IMG/VR virus record: IMGVR_UViG_3300027278_000003
DNA: 64,000 nucleotides
Direction: 5' to 3' (one strand)
Source of the DNA: a virus
Taxonomy: Duplodnaviria; Caudoviricetes
Below the pieces are notes generated by a model. The model saw only the letters and a program-made list of their open reading frames with translations. It ran no database searches and was not told the origin of the DNA. Each line of letters starts with the position of its first letter. Positions within the stretch are counted from its first letter, which is position 1. Of the stretch, positions 53,709 to 62,853 are shown one piece after another. The position numbers and the translations under genes were made by a program.

Positions 53709-54634
53709 AAGAGCTATGGGTAGAAAAGTATCGTCCGAAATCTGTAAAAGATTACGTGTTTCGTGACGAAAAACAAAAGAAGCAAGTACAGTCATGGGTT
53801 AGTAGTGGTGCTATTCCACATTTGCTATTTTCTGGTGCTGCTGGTACTGGCAAGACCACACTTGCAAAAGTTCTGCTAAATGAACTTGGCGTTGACGGTG
53901 GCGACATTATGATGATCAACGCATCAAACGAAAACAATGTTGACACAATGCGAACAAAGATCAATGGCTTCGCAAGTTCCCTACCATTCTCTGGCGATTT
54001 CAAATATGTGCTACTAGACGAAGCCGATTATCTATCTCCAAACGCACAAGCGATTCTACGTAACATGATGGAAACATATAGTTCAACTTGTCGTTTCATT
54101 CTCACGTGTAACTATCCAAACAAAGTGATCCCTGCTATCCACTCCCGCTGTCAGGGTTATCACATTGAAAAACTAGACAAAGAAGAATTTATGGCACGTG
54201 TTGCAACTATTCTTATCAGTGAAGGTGTTGATCTAGACATTGAAACTCTGGACATTTATGTTGCTGCAACATATCCCGATCTACGCAAATGCACAAACAT
54301 GGTACAGCAAAGTGTCGTTGATGGCGTGCTACAAGCACCAGGTGCAGGAGAGAGTGGCGAGAGTGATTGGATTCTCGAATACGTTGCAATGTTCCAAATT
54401 GGTAATATTGCAGGCGCACGTAAGCTAATTGTTGAAAAAGCGCGGCCAGAAGAATATGAAGGTGTTTATCGTAAACTATATGAAAACATCACAGATTGGT
54501 TTGGGCCAGACGAAAAGACTATCGGGCGTGCATTACTTTGCATTCGTGACGGTCTAGTCAATCATGCACTTGTTGCTGACCCAGAAATCAATTTGAGTGC
54601 AACACTCCTTGAACTTCAATATATTGCGAAATAA
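53705..54634 (+). CDS. sliding-clamp loader AAA+ subunit (RFC small subunit/gp44-like)
   Basis: WVEKYRP, GAAGTGKTT, LLDEAD, SRC. Confidence 0.95.
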   Translation: MKELWVEKYRPKSVKDYVFRDEKQKKQVQSWVSSGAIPHLLFSGAAGTGKTTLAKVLLNELGVDGGDIMMINASNENNVDTMRTKINGFASSLPFSGDFKYVLLDEADYLSPNAQAILRNMMETYSSTCRFILTCNYPNKVIPAIHSRCQGYHIEKLDKEEFMARVATILISEGVDLDIETLDIYVAATYPDLRKCTNMVQQSVVDGVLQAPGAGESGESDWILEYVAMFQIGNIAGARKLIVEKARPEEYEGVYRKLYENITDWFGPDEKTIGRALLCIRDGLVNHALVADPEINLSATLLELQYIAK

Positions 54635-55048
54635 ATGGACGAAGAATACGAACCACGAATTATCATGACTGACAACGAGTATGCACAATATAGATTGTTG
54701 CTACATCGTGAGCTTGCTACTATTGCAGAAAACCGTGATCCGCCGAGTCCATTTAGACCATTGCTTGAAGAAGGTTACAATCTAAAAATTGTAGTAAATC
54801 ACACAAATGATCTTCCTTGGGTGATTGAAAGATTTGAAGAAAAAATTATAAACGGCGATTATGAACACGTAATCATTGGCGACCCAAAAACACTAGGATA
54901 CAGCATGGATACGCTTGATCGACTACTTGAAGATCGGGATGTGTCTGCAACGTATTATAAAAATAAAGAATGGATTATTTTTTTGCTAAATATAACAAAG
55001 AACAATAAACTTGTTATTGAACAATCAAAAATAATTGTAGAAAGATAA
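54635..55048 (+). CDS. hypothetical protein
   Basis: Coupled ORF. Confidence 0.55.
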   Translation: MDEEYEPRIIMTDNEYAQYRLLLHRELATIAENRDPPSPFRPLLEEGYNLKIVVNHTNDLPWVIERFEEKIINGDYEHVIIGDPKTLGYSMDTLDRLLEDRDVSATYYKNKEWIIFLLNITKNNKLVIEQSKIIVER

Positions 55049-55050
55049 TA

Positions 55051-55374
55051 ATGGCAAAAAACGCATATATCGTATTGCAGCATATGTATGTCCCTGCAAA
55101 AGGTGAGAACACCAGTATGAAAAACTGGGGTGAACTCGGAAAAAACACAATGGTTGAGGAAATCTACTTCGTTACACGTATTCGTAAACGTTGGTGGCAA
55201 ACCGCAACTACTATCGTAAATCTAACAGAACGTAAAATTGAAAAGAACAGTGCGGAAACAACTGACTACAATCAGATTGTACAACACGTGATGATTAAGT
55301 ATCCAGCACAATATAACTCATTCATCGATGAATGCCGCGAATCAGGTTTGATCAACAAAGGTGCAAAAGAATGA
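55051..55374 (+). CDS. hypothetical protein
   Basis: 107 aa. Confidence 0.6.
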   Translation: MAKNAYIVLQHMYVPAKGENTSMKNWGELGKNTMVEEIYFVTRIRKRWWQTATTIVNLTERKIEKNSAETTDYNQIVQHVMIKYPAQYNSFIDECRESGLINKGAKE

Positions 55375-55814
55375 GCCGTATCTTAAAGAGAAAATTTCAA
55401 TCAATTCATAACATGCCATCATATAAAGTGATAGGCACCGTATCTCCTGAGATTATGAAAAAACTAACCGACCTCACTGTTAACAAAAACACAGAGGTAG
55501 CGCAAGAAATCGTTACTGCGATTACACAAGTGCTAAAAGCAAATATCACTGGTATGGCAGCAGATGCGTATGTTGAACCGTTCGAAACAGATTGGATCAA
55601 CCGTTTGAATTACGAAACTCCTACTGGTATTTTCTATTTGATTTCAGAGGGTGATGCTGATATCCAGTTCCCTAAAGAATCTGTAAAAATACAACCAGGA
55701 AAAGTTTATTTTGTGGATGAACGTCAAACATTTAAAATAAGTTCACCAAACAACACACGCGTGTGCTTAATGAGCGGACGTTTCACTTGGAACAAAGAGG
55801 TTCACGGAGACTAA
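55371..55814 (+). CDS. hypothetical protein (cupin-like)
   Basis: ATGA overlap. Confidence 0.5.
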   Translation: MSRILKRKFQSIHNMPSYKVIGTVSPEIMKKLTDLTVNKNTEVAQEIVTAITQVLKANITGMAADAYVEPFETDWINRLNYETPTGIFYLISEGDADIQFPKESVKIQPGKVYFVDERQTFKISSPNNTRVCLMSGRFTWNKEVHGD

Positions 55815-56617
55815 TGAAAAAGTTTATCGTTTCACTATTCGTTTCATTATTTGCAACGATTTTGTTTGCCGGTACTACCGGCGAACTACCAGTGGACGAT
55901 AAGCGCGGGTGGTGGTTTGAAACTATTGACTTGGATGCAAGAGATTACGCATATGATGTTGTCACCGATAATACTCGGAAAGGTGAGACCGGTCTGCGTT
56001 TTGAATTGCGCGATGGTGATTGCTATACCGCATATCCAGAAAATCCAAGCAGTGGTTGGGATGACTGCACCCGTGACCGTGAACGCAGTGAAATCCGTGA
56101 ACGTTGGAATCCAATTCTGGATAAGAGTGTTTGGTATGCATTTAGTATCTTCATTCCAGAAGATTACGAACCAATGTATCCAAAGCAAATCTTCTTCCAA
56201 TGGCACGGCGGTCCTGCACCAACAATCTACTATCATCTAAACGAAAATAAGTTTCATGTTGATATTCTAGCAGAGGTTGGACAGACCACTACACAATACA
56301 CATTTGGAGACAACATTCTCACACTCGGAGAATGGCATGACTTCGAAGTCAATATTGTTTGGAGTGCTAACGAACAAAATGGCAAGATGCTACTTTATGT
56401 AGACGGTGTGCGTCTTATCGAATATCGCGGTCCCACTATGCCACAAGAAGTTTATGATGCAGGCGAAGGTCCACAAGTAAAGTTTGGCATCTATCGTTCA
56501 CATCTGTCACGTTGGTCAGAAGATCGTCCGCACCCAACGCATGTTCTTTACTTTGATGAATATCGTCGTGGCTATAATCATACTGACGTTGATGTTGACA
56601 ATTACACAGGTGACTAA
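55814..56617 (+). CDS. exported polysaccharide-lyase-like beta-jelly-roll protein
   Basis: Signal peptide; ERSEI, IFFQWH, KFGIYR motifs. Confidence 0.7.
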   Translation: MKKFIVSLFVSLFATILFAGTTGELPVDDKRGWWFETIDLDARDYAYDVVTDNTRKGETGLRFELRDGDCYTAYPENPSSGWDDCTRDRERSEIRERWNPILDKSVWYAFSIFIPEDYEPMYPKQIFFQWHGGPAPTIYYHLNENKFHVDILAEVGQTTTQYTFGDNILTLGEWHDFEVNIVWSANEQNGKMLLYVDGVRLIEYRGPTMPQEVYDAGEGPQVKFGIYRSHLSRWSEDRPHPTHVLYFDEYRRGYNHTDVDVDNYTGD

Positions 56618-56919
56618 TGCCTGTAGATTTACACGGATATAAAATTCACAGTGCGTGGAGAGAGTATCGAAAAGCAACGCAAGATTGCTACTTTAAAGGT
56701 GTAAAAAAATTACAAGTAATAACTGGTCATGGAGTAATGCAACGAGAATTTCTCGGTTGGGTAGACGCTGACCCGTATGCAGTATCCGCCGCAAGACTTG
56801 ACCCGAATAAAGGTGCATGGACTGTTTACATCAAACGTAAAGAAAATCAGCCGAAACCAAAACCAATCGAACAGTTAAATCTCAAAGAACTTTATAAACA
56901 TTTTAATAAAAGTTCTTGA
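56617..56919 (+). CDS. stand-alone Smr-domain protein
   Basis: VDLHG and VITGHG. Confidence 0.75.
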   Translation: MPVDLHGYKIHSAWREYRKATQDCYFKGVKKLQVITGHGVMQREFLGWVDADPYAVSAARLDPNKGAWTVYIKRKENQPKPKPIEQLNLKELYKHFNKSS

Positions 56920-56944
56920 CATCCTCTGCGAATCATCATATAAC
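56916..56944 (+). promoter_or_regulatory. early promoter with CGAATCA in spacer
   Basis: TTGACA-N7-CGAATCA-N3-TATAAC. Confidence 0.8.
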
Positions 56945-56976
56945 ATACATGTGATGAACAAATAGAGGACATTCTA

Positions 56977-58581
56977 ATGAATATCAAACTTTTTAAATCG
57001 CTTGTTGCTACTACGTTTCTAGTATCCGCAGGCTCAGCGGTAATTGCAGGACCGACAGAAGTTCGACAAGTGCAGGCAATGCTAAACTTTATCGGATATG
57101 AGTCCGGTCCTGCGGATGGAGTCGCTGGTCGTCGTACTAACGCAGCGGTAGAGAAATTCTACCGAGATCGTGGTCAAGTATTTGACGGTACAATCGATGG
57201 TAATGAGGTGGACTTCATTAAACTAGAAGCAGAAGCAAAGGGTTATGCAACTCAAGAACTTTGGTCATCCGATACGATTAACAACTCGCAATCAAACTTA
57301 CCTTTATTTGTGAGCAATTATTACAATAATTTCCCATCTGGTGGGAATATGCGATTCCGTGAAATGTACGGCGGCACAAACTCTTGGGCGGCCGCTCTGG
57401 CAGATTTCGACTACGATGGTGATGGAATTCGTGATAAAGTTATCGCTGTAGTTGCAGAAGCGGATAACCGTTCAAAGCAGGAATATGGCGAATCAGACCG
57501 GGAATACGGTCTACGTGGACGTTGTGATGGTGAGTGTGAATTCTCAACCTTCTCTGGTGTAATTTTCCTTAAAGGGCAGGGGAATGGAGAGTTTCGTTAT
57601 GTTCCGGGTGCAATCGTTGAAAATCCCGATAATATGATCGAATACGGGCATCAGATCGAAACTGCTGATTTCAATGGCGACGGCAAACTTGATATTATTG
57701 TCACAGACCACGGACTAGACCACTGGCGCGACGATTTTGTTGGACGTACTTTAAAATATTTCTTGTCTCAGCCAGATGGGACATGGCGTGAAAGTTCAGC
57801 AACGCATATGAACGGTGGTCGCCATTGGCGTAACTTCAACCATGGTATTACAGTCGGTGATATTGATAGCGATGGCGACATCGATATCGTAGAAACATCA
57901 ATTGCGCGGAACAACCAAGCATACCTTTGGTGCCGCATTAATGACGGTGCGGGGAATATGACACCTCGCGCATGTGGTGGGCGTGGAACCGGTTGGGGTT
58001 TGGCAGCAGAGGACTTCGATGGTGACGGCTGTATTGACGTTGCTCAAGTAGGCACTGGCGGGGAACGTTATCACTTCACTGGGATCAATTGGGGTAACTG
58101 TAGCGGGCGATTTAATGGTGCTACGACACGCATTAATGACCACGATGGACGCAAGGACGACCCAAACAATTGGGAAGGAACTGTAAATGTTTGGTCACAC
58201 GACCTAGACGGTGATGGCGACAAGGATCTTATCGTAAGTCGTATTGGCACTTATTATGTGGGCGGCGCATTCCAGATCGTTGAAAATCTTGGAAACCGCA
58301 AATTTGAAGATCGCGGTATTTTTGTCTACAATGCTCCTCCGGAAACCGCAGCTGGCGTACGGTCATGTCACGATAATTCGGAAGCCAATCCGTGCAACCT
58401 AACAGTAGATCGTCTGTACTTTATTGATGTAAATAACGACGGTATCGATGATCTTGTTACTACAAGCGGCGCAGCACATGTAAACGGCTTGGTTTGGATC
58501 AATAACGGTAACTACGAATTTAATCAGACTTCGGCGCGTGATCTTCGTATTGCTCCCGCGATGCATCGTCGCGACGACTGA
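56977..58581 (+). CDS. exported protein: peptidoglycan-binding domain plus FG-GAP/VCBS repeats
   Basis: Signal peptide; VQAMLNFIGYESGPADGVAGRRT; repeats DFDYDGD, DFNGDGKLD, DIDSDGDID, DFDGDGCID, DLDGDGDKD, DVNNDGIDD. Confidence 0.85.
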   Translation: MNIKLFKSLVATTFLVSAGSAVIAGPTEVRQVQAMLNFIGYESGPADGVAGRRTNAAVEKFYRDRGQVFDGTIDGNEVDFIKLEAEAKGYATQELWSSDTINNSQSNLPLFVSNYYNNFPSGGNMRFREMYGGTNSWAAALADFDYDGDGIRDKVIAVVAEADNRSKQEYGESDREYGLRGRCDGECEFSTFSGVIFLKGQGNGEFRYVPGAIVENPDNMIEYGHQIETADFNGDGKLDIIVTDHGLDHWRDDFVGRTLKYFLSQPDGTWRESSATHMNGGRHWRNFNHGITVGDIDSDGDIDIVETSIARNNQAYLWCRINDGAGNMTPRACGGRGTGWGLAAEDFDGDGCIDVAQVGTGGERYHFTGINWGNCSGRFNGATTRINDHDGRKDDPNNWEGTVNVWSHDLDGDGDKDLIVSRIGTYYVGGAFQIVENLGNRKFEDRGIFVYNAPPETAAGVRSCHDNSEANPCNLTVDRLYFIDVNNDGIDDLVTTSGAAHVNGLVWINNGNYEFNQTSARDLRIAPAMHRRDD

Positions 58582-58603
58582 GTGTAGAAAATATGAAAAA
58601 ATG

Positions 58604-58629
58604 AAAAGACCCTTCGGGGTCTTTTTTTT
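58604..58629 (+). terminator. intrinsic terminator
   Basis: AAAAGACCC-TTCG-GGGTCTTTTTTTT. Confidence 0.92.
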
Positions 58630-58630
58630 G

Positions 58631-58659
58631 TTGACATACTACACGAAACACATTATACA
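58631..58659 (+). promoter_or_regulatory. early promoter, variant spacer CGAAACA
   Basis: TTGACA-N7-CGAAACA-N3-TATACA. Confidence 0.7.
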
Positions 58660-58677
58660 TATGCTGTAACAAGGACA

Positions 58678-58908
58678 ATGATGATGCGAAATCTAACACA
58701 ACTTGAAGAAGACCTTTTTGATCTTGCAGAAAAACTTGGTGTTGGCACGAAAAGCAGTGATGTATGTCTACGAGCCATTCGCAAGATACAAGAACTTGAA
58801 GGCGAAGTAACTGATCTTACTGCTAAGAATACTCGTATGAGTTGGGAAGTAAATCCTGATCGTATGGGCGGAATGTTTACTCGCGAAGAACTGAATAGGG
58901 ATGAATGA
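58678..58908 (+). CDS. small early protein
   Basis: AAGGA RBS. Confidence 0.6.
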   Translation: MMMRNLTQLEEDLFDLAEKLGVGTKSSDVCLRAIRKIQELEGEVTDLTAKNTRMSWEVNPDRMGGMFTREELNRDE

Positions 58909-59147
58909 TAATGACTTTTTGGGCTACACTATGGTATGCGGGTGCGGTTGTATTAACACTTGGGGATGAAGGACAAACCGAAGACGAGTGCAATATGATC
59001 GGACATCAAATAATGTATGACATTACAACTCCGTATTCAGACCCAGAAATGGAAGAAGTTTTGGCGGAAAGTCCATTCCCTACTCACCAGTTTTCATTCT
59101 CTTGTGAAAAAGAAATGCTTCCGATTGACGAAAAATATCGCAAATAA
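58905..59147 (+). CDS. small early protein
   Basis: ATGA overlap. Confidence 0.55.
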   Translation: MIMTFWATLWYAGAVVLTLGDEGQTEDECNMIGHQIMYDITTPYSDPEMEEVLAESPFPTHQFSFSCEKEMLPIDEKYRK

Positions 59148-59150
59148 TTC

Positions 59151-59179
59151 TTGACAGTTTGTACGAATCGCGCTATACA
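59151..59179 (+). promoter_or_regulatory. early promoter with CGAATCG in spacer
   Basis: TTGACA-N7-CGAATCG-N3-TATACA. Confidence 0.8.
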
Positions 59180-59207
59180 TAGTATGTAAGAAAAAAGAAA
59201 GAGACAA

Positions 59208-59780
59208 ATGACTGAAAAACTTATTTTGACCGACTGCGATGGTGTTCTTCTTGATTGGGAAGTAGCGTTTGAGCAATGGATGGAACAGCATGGGCACAAG
59301 AAAGTTGTCCAAGCAACGTATGATATTTCTACCACGTACGGTATCGACAAAGCCGAAGGCAAGCGTCTTGTTCGTGAATTCAACGAAAGTGCGTGGATGG
59401 GATTTCTTCCTGCGTTTCGTGATGCCCGGAGCGGTGTTGCAAAACTTGTTGAACAAGGCTACAAGTTTGTTGTTATCACTTCGCTTTCACTTGACGAAAA
59501 AGCCCGGATGCTACGGATCAGCAACTTGAAAAACATCTTTGGTAAGGATGTGTTCGTTGATGTTATCTGTCTTGACACTGGTGCAGACAAGGACGAAGAA
59601 CTTGTAAAGTACGCGGGTACTGGTCTGCGGTGGATCGAAGATAAGCCAGAAAACGCTGAATGCGGGTTGAAATACGGATTGAAGCCGATCTTGATTGAAC
59701 ACAATCACAACCGTGATCACGATGTTGAAGGCATTGAATACGCAGAAGATTGGGACGATATCGTTTCCAACTTGATTTAA
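59208..59780 (+). CDS. HAD-family 5'(3')-deoxyribonucleotidase-like phosphatase
   Basis: LTDCDGVL motif I, VITS, WIEDK. Confidence 0.85.
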   Translation: MTEKLILTDCDGVLLDWEVAFEQWMEQHGHKKVVQATYDISTTYGIDKAEGKRLVREFNESAWMGFLPAFRDARSGVAKLVEQGYKFVVITSLSLDEKARMLRISNLKNIFGKDVFVDVICLDTGADKDEELVKYAGTGLRWIEDKPENAECGLKYGLKPILIEHNHNRDHDVEGIEYAEDWDDIVSNLI

Positions 59781-59783
59781 CAG

Positions 59784-59812
59784 TTGACACACTCTGCGAA
59801 TCGCTCTATAAA
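59784..59812 (+). promoter_or_regulatory. early promoter with CGAATCG in spacer
   Basis: TTGACA-N7-CGAATCG-N3-TATAAA. Confidence 0.8.
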
Positions 59813-59838
59813 GATAGTGTAACAAACGGAGTAATACG

Positions 59839-60111
59839 ATGATTAAGATGTTATCTCGCGAAGAAAAAGCAGCACTGTTTCAAGAAGCAGTTGGCGCGAT
59901 TTCTATGGGTGCGCTCATTGATGTAGTTGATGCAAGCGGTTCTGCTAATTCTGTATGCATCGGTGATTTCCGTGATATTGGTTGGAGTGAGCGGATTTCT
60001 ACGCGCCGTTCGCTCTATTATCGTTGGACTGGTCCGGTTGCGATTCGTGTGAATGGACAAATTGTTGAACCCGGTGGCTACACCGAAGAATATGAAATGG
60101 ATTGGACATGA
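59839..60111 (+). CDS. small early protein
   Basis: GGAG RBS. Confidence 0.65.
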   Translation: MIKMLSREEKAALFQEAVGAISMGALIDVVDASGSANSVCIGDFRDIGWSERISTRRSLYYRWTGPVAIRVNGQIVEPGGYTEEYEMDWT

Positions 60112-60404
60112 TTGAACTTAATGATTGCACGATGATTGAGAAAGCTGATTTCCCAGGCGGATACCAATGTGTACTAGATTACGGTGATGAAACACAATTG
60201 AGTATTATCACAGGTAATGGTGCTATTGGTGGTACACAGGGATTGTACGAGATTGCAATTCTCAAGAATGGTGATGTTGCTTCTCTGCCGGGTATCAACG
60301 ATCTTGATACTGATGTAGTTCGCGGGTATCTAACGGAAGACGAAGTAAACGCGATCATGAAAAAACTTTATCTTATCACAGCAAAAATTCCGGAGCAAGT
60401 ATAA
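60108..60404 (+). CDS. conserved small phage protein
   Basis: GLYEIAILK..VRGYLTEDEV. Confidence 0.6.
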   Translation: MIELNDCTMIEKADFPGGYQCVLDYGDETQLSIITGNGAIGGTQGLYEIAILKNGDVASLPGINDLDTDVVRGYLTEDEVNAIMKKLYLITAKIPEQV

Positions 60405-60646
60405 TGCCTACTATTAGCACACATGTTGACGTTGATATTGATCTAGATGATTTTGACGATGATGAAATCATTGAAGAAATGGAGCATCGTGGTTATACGT
60501 GTTACAAATCACAAATACCAGTACAAGAAGAAAATAGATTGACACGAAACGAATTTGATGTTATCTATTCTATGCTGAATGACTTGGAAGATTGGGAACA
60601 TCGCCGCATTCGCGACAAACTCAAAATGATGGAACAACTAAAATGA
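60404..60646 (+). CDS. small acidic protein
   Basis: GGAG RBS, coupling. Confidence 0.6.
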   Translation: MPTISTHVDVDIDLDDFDDDEIIEEMEHRGYTCYKSQIPVQEENRLTRNEFDVIYSMLNDLEDWEHRRIRDKLKMMEQLK

Positions 60647-60656
60647 TGGAACAACT
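60623..60656 (+). repeat. 17-bp tandem duplication
   Basis: AAAATGATGGAACAACT twice, followed by AAAATGAT. Confidence 0.9.
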
Positions 60657-60659
60657 AAA

Positions 60660-60845
60660 ATGATTAGCAAAGTAGACGACACAACCGCAGCGTTTCCAAA
60701 AGCCACTCGTATTGAAGTGATTGGTAACGGACGTGAATATGTCAAGTATGGTGTTCGCAATGTTTGGGCAAGTATCCAAGATGATGGACGCACTGTAAAA
60801 ATCTTTCTTGAATATGACGAAGAAGAGGAAATCTGTAATGACTGA
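60660..60845 (+). CDS. small hypothetical protein
   Basis: 61 aa. Confidence 0.6.
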   Translation: MISKVDDTTAAFPKATRIEVIGNGREYVKYGVRNVWASIQDDGRTVKIFLEYDEEEEICND

Positions 60846-60954
60846 TCATATTGTAGACTTTATTAAATTTCTTGCAAACCTAGCAGTTGCTATTGGCGTT
60901 GTTTAATTTCTTGCGTGGCTTACTGGCCAAACTCCCGATGAAGTAGTAGAATGA
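60838..60954 (+). pseudogene. small membrane-peptide ORF interrupted by TAA at 60904
   Basis: Hydrophobic frame continues FLAWLTGQ.. after the stop, up to the next gene's start. Confidence 0.35.
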
Positions 60955-61121
60955 AGGCATACACAGCATACAAGCGTTGGTGGAAAATTACACAAGCACC
61001 TAATCTAATACCTTCGCTGTATTGGGGCGAAACAGTGGAAGAAGCGTTCGTAGTTCACATAAGCAAAATGAGTTTGTATGAGCTTATGGAAAAATTGGAA
61101 GATTGGAATAACGATGAGTAA
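60951..61121 (+). CDS. small hypothetical protein (56 aa)
   Basis: ATGA overlap, open frame. Confidence 0.5.
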   Translation: MKAYTAYKRWWKITQAPNLIPSLYWGETVEEAFVVHISKMSLYELMEKLEDWNNDE

Positions 61122-61127
61122 ACTATC

Positions 61128-61601
61128 TTGATTATGAAGCAAAGGGACTACATGGCAATGACGGCTAATATCTCACATCGTCCAATCTTGGACACTGCCA
61201 AAGTATGCGAACACTATTCAGCAAAGGATGGTGTAGAAGTAAAGTATATTTGCACTAGCGCACTAGGCGGCGAAGCGCAAGCGATGGATATCTACTATCG
61301 TGCGACTCCGCACCCAGAGTTTGGTAATCGCTATTTTGGTCTGTATTTTAGGTCAACTGGCCCATTGGATGAACAACGACAACTTTGTATCACCAATGCA
61401 GACAGGATTGAAGAACTAGAGTTTGGCATGAAAGAAGTTGATGGGCAATGGCATTACAGTCAACACCGTCACGATTTTTACACTGTGGGTGATGTATCAC
61501 TTGATGGTGGTCGTGCATACTTTCGTGTAGTTGGTAATGTGAACCTACCAACCAAATTCTTTGCTGTTAAAGATGGCGAGTTTGTAGAGAAACCAGAATG
61601 A
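61128..61601 (+). CDS. conserved phage protein
   Basis: PHPEFGNRYFGLY..YSQHRHDF..LDGGRAY. Confidence 0.65.
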   Translation: MIMKQRDYMAMTANISHRPILDTAKVCEHYSAKDGVEVKYICTSALGGEAQAMDIYYRATPHPEFGNRYFGLYFRSTGPLDEQRQLCITNADRIEELEFGMKEVDGQWHYSQHRHDFYTVGDVSLDGGRAYFRVVGNVNLPTKFFAVKDGEFVEKPE

Positions 61602-61622
61602 AACAAAATTCATTAAATCTTT

Positions 61623-61856
61623 GTGGAGAAATATTATCGCACAGAAAGTGATCACGAAAAACGACAGTCGAAATATTATTGTGATTTGTATTCAAAACAA
61701 CAACTAGATTATCATATCGCGCAAGATGAAATTCGCAAACTAAAACGTAAGGTAACTGAAAAATCATCGCAGCGTATTACAAACCTAATGATTGGATTCT
61801 TCACAGGATTCTTTTTGAGTGGGTTTGTAATGAATCTGGCAGGATTGGAAGTATAA
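61623..61856 (+). CDS. small protein with C-terminal TM helix; true start may be 61598 via a 1-nt frameshift
   Basis: GTG-start ORF. Confidence 0.45.
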   Translation: MEKYYRTESDHEKRQSKYYCDLYSKQQLDYHIAQDEIRKLKRKVTEKSSQRITNLMIGFFTGFFLSGFVMNLAGLEV

Positions 61857-61857
61857 A

Positions 61858-62601
61858 ATGGAAGATAGAGTTTTAACACATACTGTAGAATTTAAACTTG
61901 ACGAACCAATTCACGTTCAAGGAACAAAACTATTCTACAAGAAATATCCATACAAAATCGTTATTTCTAAAAAGTTGTCAACACGTAGTATCCCTAGTAT
62001 CCCTTGGCAACGTAGATCAAGTGATGAAGCAATCTTTCGTTCTATCACTGAAAACAACTTTTATAAAACAAAGCAACTGGTCCGTGAAGATGCAACGAGT
62101 GACATTTTTAAAGATAAGGTTCGGGTCCGTGAAGAAATGGATATGAGCGTTTTCTTTGCAAACAAAGAAGACTACGATCTTGGTGTTAAACGATATGGTA
62201 TTGCAATCAAAGAAGTCACAGAACCTTTCCGTGAAGATTTGACGCAACTTGTTGGCGGATTGAACAAGCGTGTTGAAATTCGCAAGAGTTTGTATTTCAA
62301 AGAATACAAATATCGTGTTGATTTCACAATCCCATATAGTTACGGGACTAGTGCTGGTGGGAAAAAAGACGCACTATATAAAGAATTGTCAAGATTCTTC
62401 AAAGATGATCCAGTTGGACAACGTGCAGGTATGAACAGTCTGTTGGAATGGTATATGAAACATGGCAACAGATACTATCATTCTACATACAGTATGTTGT
62501 TCAATGATGAATCTGACGTTGCCTATGTTGCTTTTATGCTTGACGAAAAAATCAAAATCAAAGCAATCAAAGAAGCAGTGCTAATGAAAGACTTTGAATG
62601 A
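61858..62601 (+). CDS. hypothetical protein
   Basis: 247 aa. Confidence 0.65.
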   Translation: MEDRVLTHTVEFKLDEPIHVQGTKLFYKKYPYKIVISKKLSTRSIPSIPWQRRSSDEAIFRSITENNFYKTKQLVREDATSDIFKDKVRVREEMDMSVFFANKEDYDLGVKRYGIAIKEVTEPFREDLTQLVGGLNKRVEIRKSLYFKEYKYRVDFTIPYSYGTSAGGKKDALYKELSRFFKDDPVGQRAGMNSLLEWYMKHGNRYYHSTYSMLFNDESDVAYVAFMLDEKIKIKAIKEAVLMKDFE

Positions 62602-62840
62602 AACAATATCCCTTTAAGTTCAAACTCAAATGGGATGGCATTGAATGGTGGCAGAGCAAAGTAACGCTTGGCTCTGATCACTATTTTTATTACATCTATT
62701 GGTGGAACTGGCTTCCAAAAGAATATCGAAGTTGGGGCTTTGAACAAATGTATTACGATGGACCACATAATATGTTTAACTTTTGGTTCTTCAATATTAG
62801 TTGGTCAACTCCACTGACGAAGGTCCGTAAGGATACTTAA
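62598..62840 (+). CDS. Trp-rich hypothetical protein
   Basis: ATGA overlap. Confidence 0.5.
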   Translation: MKQYPFKFKLKWDGIEWWQSKVTLGSDHYFYYIYWWNWLPKEYRSWGFEQMYYDGPHNMFNFWFFNISWSTPLTKVRKDT

Positions 62841-62853
62841 AGAAAGACTTGTA

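Noticed and set aside
60623-61856. 17-bp duplication, premature TAA at 60904 and possible 1-nt frameshift near 61620 as programmed recoding
   Set aside because: No slippery site or stimulatory structure seen; more simply recent mutation or assembly error in dispensable genes
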